Below, piece by piece: positions 7,355-15,657 of a stretch of 27,260 nt of DNA (position 1 is the stretch's first letter; each line of letters opens with the position of its first letter). A program made the position numbers and the translations under genes. Source of the DNA: Candidatus Methylomirabilia bacterium. GTDB taxonomy: Bacteria; Methylomirabilota; Methylomirabilia; Rokubacteriales; DASRDR01. Location: contig JBGQGN010000001.1 in the NCBI GenBank assembly GCA_041497395.1, positions 1 through 27,260 on the forward strand, written 5' to 3'. The notes beneath the pieces are model-generated. The model searched no databases. It had not been told where the DNA came from and was given only the letters and a program-made list of their open reading frames with translations.

Positions 7355-9178
7355 CTACAGGTACTGGCCGGCAGGCTGACGCTCCACGGGCCGGTGCTTG
7401 TCCTTGCTCTCGCCCGTGAGCGGCTTGACGTAGACGATCCGCTCGCCCTTCTTCCCCGCGATCTTCGCCCAGTCGTCGGGGTTGGTCGTGTTGGGCAGGT
7501 CCTCGTTCTCCTTGAACTCCTCGCGCACGGCCGCCAGCAGGTCGTCGACCTTGACGCCCTTCTCGGCGGTCGCGATGTACCGCTTGAGCGCAAGCTTCTT
7601 GGCGCGACGCACGACCGACTCCATCATCGCGCCCGAGGCGAAGTCCTTGAAGTACAGGATCTCCTTGTCCCCGTTCGCGTAGGTGACCTCGAGGAAACGG
7701 TTCTCGTCCGCGACGGTGTACATGGCGTCGACCGCCATCTCGATGAGCCGCGTGATGGCCGCCGAGATGTCATCGCCGTGGGGCCCGAGCTCCTGCTGGT
7801 GCATCGGGATGTCCGGCGTGAGGTACTTCGCCATGATGTCGGCCGCCGCCTGACGGTCCGGCCGGTCGATCTTGATCTTCACGTCGAGCCGCCCGGGCCG
7901 AAGGATGGCGGGATCGATCAGGTCCTGCCGGTTGGAGGCGCCGATCACGATGACGTTCTTGAGCCCCTCGACCCCGTCGATCTCGGCCAGGAGCTGCGGC
8001 ACGATGGTCGTCTCGACGTCGGAGGAGATCCCCGAGCCGCGCGTACGGAAGAGGGCGTCCATCTCGTCGAAGAAGACGACGACGGGCACGTCCTCGGCGG
8101 CCTTCTCCTTGGCCTTGACGAAGATCTCGCGGATCTTCCGCTCCGTCTCGCCCACGTACTTGTTGAGGAGCTCGGGGCCCTTGATGTTCATGAAGAAGCC
8201 CTTGATCTTCTCCCCGCGCTTCTCCGAGACCTTCTCCGCCAGGTTGTTCGCGACCGCCTTGGCGATCATCGTCTTGCCGCACCCCGGCGGCCCGTAGAGG
8301 AGGACGCCCTTGGGCGGCGCGAGCTTGTGCTCGCGGTAGTAGTCGGCGTAGAGGTACGGGAGCTCCACCGCGTCCCGGATCGCCTCGATCTGGGACGTGA
8401 GGCCGCCGATGTCCTCGTACTGGATGTCCGGGACCTCCTCGAGAGCCAGGTCCTCGACCTCGCTCTTCGGCAGCTTCTCCAGGAGGTAGCCCGACTTCGA
8501 GTCCATGAGGAGGTGATCGCCGACCTTGAGCTTTGCGGGACGGAGCGGCTCCGCGATGACCGCGACCTTCTCCTCGTCCGCCCGCACCGTGACGACCGCG
8601 CGCGCCTCGTCCAGGGTCTCCTTCATGATGACGACCTCGCCCTGGATCTCGTAGCCCGCCGCCTCGATGACGTTCAGCCCCTCGTTGAGGACGAGCTCCT
8701 GCCCCGGCTTGATCGATTCCCTGGCGATGGACGGGTGGAGGTTCACCTTGACCTTGCGCCCGCTCGACAGGATGTTCACCGTGCCGTCGTCGTTCAGCGA
8801 GAGGAACACGCCGTAGCTGGAGGGTGGCGCGCAGAGCTTGTCGACTTCCTCCTTCAGGGAGGAGATCTGCTCGCGCGCCTCGTAGAGCGTGTTCACGAGC
8901 TTCTCGTTCTGGTTGAAGGCCTGGACCAGCTGCCGGTTCGCTTCCCGCAGCTTGTTCTCCAGGACGACGAAGTCCTTGGGAATCTCCTCGAGCTTCTTCC
9001 GGAGATGCGCGACCTCCGTCTCCATGGCCCGGGCGTGGGCCTGGAGATCCTGGATCTGGATCTCGTACTCCGTCAGGCGACGGCGGTAGGCGGATTCCGT
9101 CATTGGCAGGAATTTTGACAGACCCTTGACACCCTCGGAGTCACGGGGAGGATTCGCCTTCTTTTCGAACTCTTTCAT
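7355..9178 (-). CDS. arc: Proteasome-associated AAA+ ATPase ARC/Mpa (607 aa)
   Basis: Coiled coil ([25 protein letters not shown]), tandem OB interdomains, Walker A GPPGCGKT, Walker B VFFDEMD, pore loop KYVGE, SRH ([16 protein letters not shown]), [13 protein letters not shown] and C-terminal GQYL. The start is set at ATG 9178 after GGGAGG rather than the track start at 9553; ATG 9103 is an alternative. Confidence 0.96.
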   Translation of the reverse strand: MKEFEKKANPPRDSEGVKGLSKFLPMTESAYRRRLTEYEIQIQDLQAHARAMETEVAHLRKKLEEIPKDFVVLENKLREANRQLVQAFNQNEKLVNTLYEAREQISSLKEEVDKLCAPPSSYGVFLSLNDDGTVNILSSGRKVKVNLHPSIARESIKPGQELVLNEGLNVIEAAGYEIQGEVVIMKETLDEARAVVTVRADEEKVAVIAEPLRPAKLKVGDHLLMDSKSGYLLEKLPKSEVEDLALEEVPDIQYEDIGGLTSQIEAIRDAVELPYLYADYYREHKLAPPKGVLLYGPPGCGKTMIAKAVANNLAEKVSEKRGEKIKGFFMNIKGPELLNKYVGETERKIREIFVKAKEKAAEDVPVVVFFDEMDALFRTRGSGISSDVETTIVPQLLAEIDGVEGLKNVIVIGASNRQDLIDPAILRPGRLDVKIKIDRPDRQAAADIMAKYLTPDIPMHQQELGPHGDDISAAITRLIEMAVDAMYTVADENRFLEVTYANGDKEILYFKDFASGAMMESVVRRAKKLALKRYIATAEKGVKVDDLLAAVREEFKENEDLPNTTNPDDWAKIAGKKGERIVYVKPLTGESKDKHRPVERQPAGQYL

Positions 9179-9265
9179 GGCCTCCCGTCCCTCTCGGCGA
9201 GGACCGCGACCGCGCCGCGTCGGCCGGGCCCGGCGCGGGCGACTCTGTCCCCGCCAGCTTGAGCA

Positions 9266-9295
9266 ACTATAGGCGGCGCCGGAAAAAAAAGTCAA
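9266..9295 (-). promoter_or_regulatory. sigma70-like promoter of arc
   Basis: TTGACT (9295-9290), 18-bp spacer containing a T-run, TATAGT (9271-9266). Confidence 0.7.
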
Positions 9296-9366
9296 GTTGT
9301 GGAGCCATTCCCGCCCCAGTTCGGTCGCGCGGCTGCCATCGCGCTGCCTCCCGACGCCCGAAACCG

Positions 9367-9382
9367 TGCAACGCCGGTGCCA
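9367..9382 (-). promoter_or_regulatory. sigma54 (RpoN) -24/-12 promoter candidate facing arc
   Basis: Minus strand TGGCAC-C-GGCG-TTGCA versus consensus TGGCACG-N4-TTGCW. Exact GG-N10-GC spacing, one mismatch, intergenic. Confidence 0.6.
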
Positions 9383-9447
9383 GCGACGAGTTGGGTGCCG
9401 GTCGAATGGCGCCCGTGCGAGACGGGTCTGCGGAGCGGAGACGTCTC

Positions 9448-9453
9448 TATAAT
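9448..9453 (+). promoter_or_regulatory. -10 box TATAAT, probable leaderless promoter of the SBP gene
   Basis: TATAAT-GGACGCCA-ATG(9462), abutted upstream by the perfect palindrome GAGACGTCTC (9438-9447). Confidence 0.6.
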
Positions 9454-9461
9454 GGACGCCA

Positions 9462-11081
9462 ATGCGCCCCAGGGCTGCTCGACGGCGTCGGTGTCCCCGG
9501 AGTCCGGCGCGTGCGGCATTCCTTGTCAGCTTCATCGTGCTGCTCGCCGTCACCCGCGTCGCCGGTGCGGCGCCGGCCGGCGAGCTTCACGTCGGCGTGC
9601 CGCGCGTTCCTGCGAGTCTGGATCCGGCGGAGGCCACGGCGTCGTCCCAGCTCCTGGCGATGCGCCTTCTCTACCAGGGATTGGTCGCATTCGGCGAGCG
9701 AGGCGACATCGAGCCCGCTCTTGCGACGGCGTGGACCGTCTCCCGCGACGGGCTGGTCTGGACCTTCCGGCTCCGCCAGGACGTCCAGCTTCACGACGGC
9801 ACCCCGCTCGGGCCCGATGAGGTCGTCGCGACCCTCGCCGAGCGGATCTCCGCCGACGAGCCCCCGGATGGCGCGCCCACCTGGGTCCGCCCCTTCCGCG
9901 GCGCGGGGCGGGTCGTCCGGGAGGTGCGACGCGGTGAGGGCGCGTCGGTCCAGATCGTCGTGGGGCAGCCGTACGCGCCGCTGCTCGCGCTCCTGGCCCA
10001 TCCCGGCCTCGCAATCGCCGTCGCGCGGCCCAGCGGCCCGCGGGTCGGGAGCGGGCCCTACCGGGCCGTCGAGCTCACACCCGATCGGCTCGCGCTGGAA
10101 GCGGCGCCGGTCTGGCGAGGGGACCCGCCCCAGAGCGCCCGCCTGATCCTGCACGCGGTCGCGGATGACGTGGCCGCCCTCGCCGGGCTCGCTCCCGGCG
10201 GTCCTCTCCATGCGGCGCTGCTCGCCGCCCCCCCGGCCTGGGCCGCGGTGGGCCTCCAGGTCATGTCCGGTCCGACCCGGCGGGTCGGGCTCCTGGCGCT
10301 TCGGACCGACCGGGGCCTCACCAGCCGCAAGACGGTGCGCCAGGCCGTGGCGCTCGCCCTCGATCCCGCGCTCCTCCGTCCGGCGCTCGGTCAGTGGGCG
10401 GTGCCGCACGCCGCCTGGCTGCCGCCCGGCGCGTGGGCAGCGCGCGACGCCAGCACCCTCCTCTTCGACCCCACGCGAGCGAGGCGCCTGCTGGCGCAGG
10501 TCGCTCCGGTCGACCCGACGCTGACCCTCCTCGCGTCGGACCAGGTCTCCGGGCCCGAGGCTGCGGGCATCGCCGACGCGATCCGGGTCTCGCTGGGCGC
10601 CGTGGGCTTCCGGGTACAGGTGCGGCTGGAGCCACCGGACGCGGCGGAGACCGCCGCGCGGCAGGGCGCGGCGGAGCTGACGCTCCACGAGGAGACGCTC
10701 GAGGTGAACGACCCCGACATCTTTTTCCGGCGGCTCCTGGCCACCGACGGAGCCACGCCCGGGAGCGCGACCAACGTCGCCTTCCTCCGGAGCCCGCTGG
10801 TCGATGGCATGCTCTCGCGCGCGGGCCAACTCGGGTTCCGGCCCGAACGCTTCCGGCTCTATCAGCGGCTCCAGGGGCTCCTCGGCGAGGAGCTGCCGTA
10901 CGTGCCGCTCTACGTCCGGCTCCAGTGGATGGTGGCTCGACCCGAAGTGCGGGGCCTGAACCTGGACTCTGGTGGGCTGCATCGCCTCGAGCGCATGGGG
11001 CTCGAACCTCCGCCCGTGCCCGCGCCGCCGCGAGCTCCACTGAACCCGCTCTCGGGGATGCCGCCGCCCGCACGTCCGTGA
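9462..11081 (+). CDS. ABC transporter substrate-binding protein, family 5 (DppA/OppA/NikA-like)
   Basis: Signal peptide (Arg-rich n-region, [14 protein letters not shown]|A), [59 protein letters not shown] and ELPYVPLY. Pro-rich C-terminal tail. Confidence 0.88.
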   Translation: MRPRAARRRRCPRSPARAAFLVSFIVLLAVTRVAGAAPAGELHVGVPRVPASLDPAEATASSQLLAMRLLYQGLVAFGERGDIEPALATAWTVSRDGLVWTFRLRQDVQLHDGTPLGPDEVVATLAERISADEPPDGAPTWVRPFRGAGRVVREVRRGEGASVQIVVGQPYAPLLALLAHPGLAIAVARPSGPRVGSGPYRAVELTPDRLALEAAPVWRGDPPQSARLILHAVADDVAALAGLAPGGPLHAALLAAPPAWAAVGLQVMSGPTRRVGLLALRTDRGLTSRKTVRQAVALALDPALLRPALGQWAVPHAAWLPPGAWAARDASTLLFDPTRARRLLAQVAPVDPTLTLLASDQVSGPEAAGIADAIRVSLGAVGFRVQVRLEPPDAAETAARQGAAELTLHEETLEVNDPDIFFRRLLATDGATPGSATNVAFLRSPLVDGMLSRAGQLGFRPERFRLYQRLQGLLGEELPYVPLYVRLQWMVARPEVRGLNLDSGGLHRLERMGLEPPPVPAPPRAPLNPLSGMPPPARP

Positions 11082-11222
11082 GATTGGCCACGGCTGACAG
11101 CAGTCCGCCAGTCCGGCGCAGGCCTCGTTGACGCCCCCGCCCCGGCGCGTCCCGCGGGCTCGGGTGTCGTCGCCGGCCCGGTCCCGGCGGAGCGCCCACG
11201 GACGAAGGGCTCGCGGCGTGGT

Positions 11223-11251
11223 TTGCCGGGGGCCAGAGCCGCGGCTACAAT
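11223..11251 (+). promoter_or_regulatory. sigma70-like promoter of thioesterase (possibly also the downstream yebC-ruv run)
   Basis: TTGCCG (11223-11228), 17 bp, TACAAT (11246-11251). Confidence 0.6.
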
Positions 11252-11306
11252 GAGTCGGCCTCCCACACGACGGGCCACGACGGGCCAAACCACGGAGGAG
11301 TCGCTG

Positions 11307-12287
11307 GTGCCCACGGTTCGTGAGACCGTCGCCGAGATGGTCCAGTACGTCTTCCCTCAGTACGCGGGCGCACCGGGCCAGATCTACGGCGGGCGGATGA
11401 TGGATTGGATCGCCACCGCGGGAACCCTGGCCGCGTCCCGCGTGGCTCGCGGTCCGGTGACGGTGGGCGCGATGGATGAGATCGACTTCCTTCACCCCGT
11501 GCGGGTGGGGGAGATCGCGATCCTCCGGGCCCGGGTGGAGTACGTGGGGCGCACGTCGCTCGAGGTCGGGGTCCGGGTCTATTCGGAGAACGCGGCGACC
11601 GGGGAGCGCCACGTGACGCTCTCGTCGCACATGGTGTTCGTCGCCATCGACGAGGCGGTTCAGCCGCGACCGGTCGCGGCGCGCATCGTTCCCGCCGACC
11701 CCGGGGAGGTCGGCGTCATCGAGGCCGCGCGGGCCCGGCGCGAGGCGCGTCGGGCGCGGCTCGCCTCGCGGGCCGAGCGGGCGCGCGAGGTGAAAGACGA
11801 GACGGAGGGCTTCCACTGGCGATTCGAGCAGCATCGGTTCGTGTTCCCGGAGGACGCGCTGCACGGGACACTGATGTTCGCGGGACGCCTGCTCCTCACG
11901 GTGGACGAGGTCGCCGCGATCCTCGCGGTGCGGTATGCGCGGGCTCCCCTCGCGACGGCGTCGATGGACGCGCTGGAGTTCTACGCGCCGATCCGGGTGG
12001 GCGACATGCTCACGCTCCGAGGCGCCCTGACGCGCGTGGGGACGCGGTCGATGGAAGTGGAGATCCAGGTGCTCGCCGAGGTGCCGTTCACGGGTGACAT
12101 CCGGCACACCTGCACGGCGTACCTGACGTTCGTCAAGCTGCGCGGGGCGGGCGGGCCGCTTCCACCGCTAGAGGCGGCGACCGCGGTCGAGCAGCAGGAG
12201 CGGGACGCGGCGGACAAGCGCCAGGCGGCGCGTGTGGAGCGCGTGCACGCGCTCAAGGAGAGCCTCGAGCGCGAGCCCGCCTGGTAA
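11307..12287 (+). CDS. Double-hotdog acyl-CoA thioesterase-like protein (326 aa)
   Basis: Two tandem hotdog repeats (VFP..G.IYGG.MMDW...DEIDFLHPVRVGE..GRTSLEVGV and VFPED..MFAG.LL..D...DALEFYAPIRVGD..GTRSMEVEI). GTG start at 11307 after SD GGAGGAG. Confidence 0.85.
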   Translation: MPTVRETVAEMVQYVFPQYAGAPGQIYGGRMMDWIATAGTLAASRVARGPVTVGAMDEIDFLHPVRVGEIAILRARVEYVGRTSLEVGVRVYSENAATGERHVTLSSHMVFVAIDEAVQPRPVAARIVPADPGEVGVIEAARARREARRARLASRAERAREVKDETEGFHWRFEQHRFVFPEDALHGTLMFAGRLLLTVDEVAAILAVRYARAPLATASMDALEFYAPIRVGDMLTLRGALTRVGTRSMEVEIQVLAEVPFTGDIRHTCTAYLTFVKLRGAGGPLPPLEAATAVEQQERDAADKRQAARVERVHALKESLEREPAW

Positions 12288-12370
12288 CGGGAAGCCAGCG
12301 AACCGATCGGCTGGCGGCACGCGGAGACGGGGGATGGTTTTCCCCCCGGGGAACGGAGAGGGGTGAGACG

Positions 12371-13120
12371 ATGTCCGGTCACTCGAAGTGGTCCCAGATC
12401 AAGCGCAAGAAGGCGAAGACGGACCAGCACCGGGGCAAGGTCTTTTCCAAGCTCGTCCGGGAGATCACGACCGCGGCGCGGGCCGGCGGGGATCCGAAGA
12501 TGAACATGCGACTCAAGACCGCGATCGAGGAGGCGAAGGCGGTCAACATGCCCGCCGACACCCTCAAGCGCGCCATCCAGAAGGGGACGGGCGAGCTGCC
12601 GGGCGAGACCTACGAGGAGATCACCTACGAGGGGTACGGGCCGGGCGGGGTCGCCGTCATGGTCAAGGTGCTGACCGACAACAAGAACCGCACCGCGCCG
12701 GAGATCCGGCACACGTTCACGAAGTTCAGCGGCAACCTCGGCGAGGTGGGCTCGGTCGGCTGGATGTTCGACCGCAAGGGGATCATCCAGGTCGAGGCCG
12801 CCCGCGTAGACGAGGACGAGCTCCTGGGGCTGGCTCTGGACGCCGGCGCGGCCGATCTCCGGCGCGCGGACTCGTTCTTCGAGATCACGGCGACGCCGCA
12901 CGATCTCGAGGAGGTCCGGCGGGCGCTGGAGGGGCGCGGGGTGCCGATCCAGTCCGCGGAGGTGACCTACGTGCCGCAGTCGACGGTCCGCCTCGAGGGC
13001 AAGGACGCGCAGCAGGTGCTGCGGCTCGTCGAGGGACTGGAGGAGCTCGACGACGTGCAACACGTGTACGCGAACTTCGACATCCCCGACGAGGTGCTGG
13101 AGGCGCAGGGAGCCGCTTGA
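12371..13120 (+). CDS. yebC: YebC/PmpR family protein
   Basis: MSGHSKWSQIK, YEGYGPGGVAV, TDNKNRT and LEELDDVQHVYAN. Confidence 0.95.
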   Translation: MSGHSKWSQIKRKKAKTDQHRGKVFSKLVREITTAARAGGDPKMNMRLKTAIEEAKAVNMPADTLKRAIQKGTGELPGETYEEITYEGYGPGGVAVMVKVLTDNKNRTAPEIRHTFTKFSGNLGEVGSVGWMFDRKGIIQVEAARVDEDELLGLALDAGAADLRRADSFFEITATPHDLEEVRRALEGRGVPIQSAEVTYVPQSTVRLEGKDAQQVLRLVEGLEELDDVQHVYANFDIPDEVLEAQGAA

Positions 13121-13125
13121 GGGGG

Positions 13126-13647
13126 ATGGACGACGCCTCCATCCCGCCGCGCCCCGCGCCGCGCGCCGTCGGGTTCGATCCGGGACTGGCCGAGACGGGC
13201 TACGCGGCGCTCGAGGGCGGGCGCCGGGTTCCCACCGTGCTCGGGACCGGGGTCATCCGGACGAGCGCCCGGGACCCGCTGGAGGTGCGGCTCGAGGCGC
13301 TGTTCGACGGAGCCCGGGACGTGCTCGAGCGGTTCGCGCCCGATCTCGTGGTCATCGAGGACATCTTCAGTGCGCCGTCGATTCCGCGCACCGCCATCCT
13401 GATGGGTCATGCGCGGGCCGTCGTTTGCCTCGCCGGCCGGCGGCAGCGGGTCCTGCTCGTCTCGGTGGCGCCGGCGGAGGTCAAGCGCGCGGTGACGGCC
13501 TCGGGGGCCGCGCCCAAGGCGCAGGTCGCGCGGGCCATGCAGGCCCTCCTGGCCCTGGCCGCCCCGCCGCGACCGAGCCACGTCGCCGACGCGCTCGCGC
13601 TCGCCTACACCGGCCTGTCGCGGGTTCGCGGGCTCGGCGGACGATGA
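13126..13647 (+). CDS. ruvC: Holliday junction resolvase RuvC (173 aa)
   Basis: 3' part of ORF 12388-13647 from ATG 13126: VGFDPGLAETGY, VVIEDIF, EVKRAVT, APKAQV and PSHVADALALA. Confidence 0.92.
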   Translation: MDDASIPPRPAPRAVGFDPGLAETGYAALEGGRRVPTVLGTGVIRTSARDPLEVRLEALFDGARDVLERFAPDLVVIEDIFSAPSIPRTAILMGHARAVVCLAGRRQRVLLVSVAPAEVKRAVTASGAAPKAQVARAMQALLALAAPPRPSHVADALALAYTGLSRVRGLGGR

Positions 13648-14288
13648 TTGCCTCGCTCCGCGGGCGGCTGCGCCGCCGATTGGAGGGCCGCGTGATCCTC
13701 GAGTCGGCCGGCGTGGGGTACGAGGTCGTGCTGCCGCCCGTCGTCGCCCGCGGACTCGAGGACCTGATGGCGGGCGACGGCGCCGACGCCGCCGAGCTCG
13801 AGCTCGTGATCTACTACCACGCCACGCGTGACCAGCCCCGGCCCGTCCTGATCGGGTTCGCCAAGGACGTGGAGCGCGAGTTCTTCGAGCGGCTCATCAC
13901 CGTCAAGGACGTGGGGCCCTTGGTCGCCGCGCGGGCGCTGGTCGAGCCGATCGCCGACATCGCGGACGCGATCGTCCGGAAGGACGAGCGCTTCCTCCGC
14001 CGGCTGCCCGGGATCGGGCCCCAGAAGTGCCGCAACATCGTCGCACAGCTGGAGGGCAAAGTGGCCAAGTACGCGCTTCTCCCGCGGGAGGAGGCGCCGC
14101 CGCTGCCGCCGCGCGAGGAGGGCGACGGGGTGCGCGTGCTGGTCCGCGACATCCTGGTCCGGCAGATGGGGCTCAGGCCGGGAGAGGCCGACCAGGCGAT
14201 CCGCGAGGCCCTGGCGCGGCGGCCGGACATCGACGCGCCCGAGGCGCTCTTCGAGGAGATCTACCGCGCCCGCCGGGGGTCGCCATGA
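13644..14288 (+). CDS. ruvA: Holliday junction branch migration protein RuvA (214 aa, divergent)
   Basis: MIASLRG, AGVGYEV, FERLITVKDVGP, LPGIGPQKC and a C-terminal helical domain. ATGA overlap with ruvC, and lies between ruvC and ruvB. Confidence 0.85.
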   Translation: MIASLRGRLRRRLEGRVILESAGVGYEVVLPPVVARGLEDLMAGDGADAAELELVIYYHATRDQPRPVLIGFAKDVEREFFERLITVKDVGPLVAARALVEPIADIADAIVRKDERFLRRLPGIGPQKCRNIVAQLEGKVAKYALLPREEAPPLPPREEGDGVRVLVRDILVRQMGLRPGEADQAIREALARRPDIDAPEALFEEIYRARRGSP

Positions 14289-14397
14289 CGCCGACGAGGG
14301 CGCCGCTGGGGCGAGCCCGCGACAGGACCCGTGTCGGCAGGATGGTCAGGGGGCGGCAGGATCCGTCGGGGTCGGACCGGGGCGGAGGAGGGGCGCG

Positions 14398-15420
14398 GTG
14401 AGCGAGAACCTGCTGAGCGGGACCCCGCTGGCCGACGAGGCGCCGTTCGAGCGCGCGCTGCGCCCGCAGCGCCTGGACGAGTACATCGGCCAGCGCGAGG
14501 CGGTGGAGAGCCTGCGCGTCTCGGTGGAGGCAGCGCGGCAGCGCGGAGAGTGCCTGGACCACGTGCTCCTCTACGGGCCGCCGGGTCTCGGCAAGACGAC
14601 GCTCGCCATCATCCTGGCCAACGAGATGGCGAGCGGGCTCAAGAGCACGTCGGGGCCGGCGCTCGAGCGCGGCGACGATCTGATGGGGGTTCTGACGAGC
14701 CTCGAGCCCCGCGACGTGCTTTTCGTGGATGAGATCCACCGGCTGCCGCGCGTGGTCGAGGAGCTCTTCTACCCGGCCATGGAGGATTTCGAGGTCAACT
14801 TCGTCATCGAGCGCGGGATGCACGCCCGGACCATGCGGATCCCGCTCAAGCCGTTCACCCTGGTCGGCGCCACGACGCGGCCTGGCATGCTGAGCGCGCC
14901 GTTGCGCGAGCGATTCGGGATCTTCCACCACCTGGACTTCTACGACGACGAGGAGCTGGCGCGGATCGTCGTCCGGTCGGCGGGCATCCTCGGTCTCTCC
15001 ATCGAGCCGGGGGGAGCCGCCGAGATCGCGCGGCGAGCCCGCGGCACCCCGCGCATCGCCAACCGCCTTCTCCGGCGCGTCCGGGACTACGCGCAGGTCA
15101 AGGGCGACGGCCGCATCAGCCCCGGCGTCGCCGACGCCTCCCTCACCATGGAAGGTGTCGACACGCGCGGCCTGGACCGGCTGGACCGGCGCTTTCTCCA
15201 GGCCATCGTCGAGCACTACGGGGGTGGCCCCGTGGGCCTCGAGGCCATCGCCGCGACGATCAACGACGACGCGGAGACGCTGGCGGAGCTGGTCGAGCCA
15301 TATCTCCTCAAGATCGGACTGGTGGTGCGGACCCCGAGCGGCCGGCGCGCGACGCCTGCCGCCTACCGGCACCTCGGCCACCAGGGGGGCGACGGCCCTC
15401 TCCAGCTCTCCCTCGAGTAG
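14398..15420 (+). CDS. ruvB: Holliday junction helicase RuvB (340 aa)
   Basis: [71 protein letters not shown] and RTPSGR. Confidence 0.97.
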   Translation: MSENLLSGTPLADEAPFERALRPQRLDEYIGQREAVESLRVSVEAARQRGECLDHVLLYGPPGLGKTTLAIILANEMASGLKSTSGPALERGDDLMGVLTSLEPRDVLFVDEIHRLPRVVEELFYPAMEDFEVNFVIERGMHARTMRIPLKPFTLVGATTRPGMLSAPLRERFGIFHHLDFYDDEELARIVVRSAGILGLSIEPGGAAEIARRARGTPRIANRLLRRVRDYAQVKGDGRISPGVADASLTMEGVDTRGLDRLDRRFLQAIVEHYGGGPVGLEAIAATINDDAETLAELVEPYLLKIGLVVRTPSGRRATPAAYRHLGHQGGDGPLQLSLE

Positions 15421-15429
15421 GCGGAGACG

Positions 15430-15657
15430 ATGGCGGGCGTCGGCCGGATGCTGGTGCTGCTCGGGGTCGTGCTGGTCGTCGCCGGCGGCGTGCTCTGGCT
15501 GGGTGGCGCCGCCGGCAGCAAGGTTCCCTTCCTCGGCCGGCTGCCGGGCGACATTCACTTCGCGCGAGGCAACTGGTCGTTCTACTTCCCGCTGACCACC
15601 TCGATCCTCCTGAGCATCGTGCTCACGCTGGTCCTGGCGCTTCTCTCCCGCCGATGA
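15430..15657 (+). CDS. Small membrane protein, DUF2905-like (75 aa)
   Basis: Two hydrophobic segments around LGRLPGDI and FYFPLTTSILLSIVL. Typical position after ruvB. SD GGAG. Confidence 0.8.
   Translation: MAGVGRMLVLLGVVLVVAGGVLWLGGAAGSKVPFLGRLPGDIHFARGNWSFYFPLTTSILLSIVLTLVLALLSRR

Noticed and set aside
9292-9519. 75-aa minus-strand ORF upstream of arc, considered as a Pup/UBact candidate
   Set aside because: It ends NWGGNGSTT with no terminal G[Q/E], has no acidic helical segment, and overlaps the promoter elements and the SBP start.
9179-9553. Track's N-terminal extension of ARC (732 aa)
   Set aside because: Low-complexity translation running through promoters and the opposite-strand gene. 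The ATG at 9178 has an SD-like sequence and a promoter upstream.
13540-13620. His in place of the third acidic catalytic residue in RuvC (PSHVADAL)
   Set aside because: The same SH.ADA variant is known in active RuvC enzymes such as that of Thermus, so it is not unusual.
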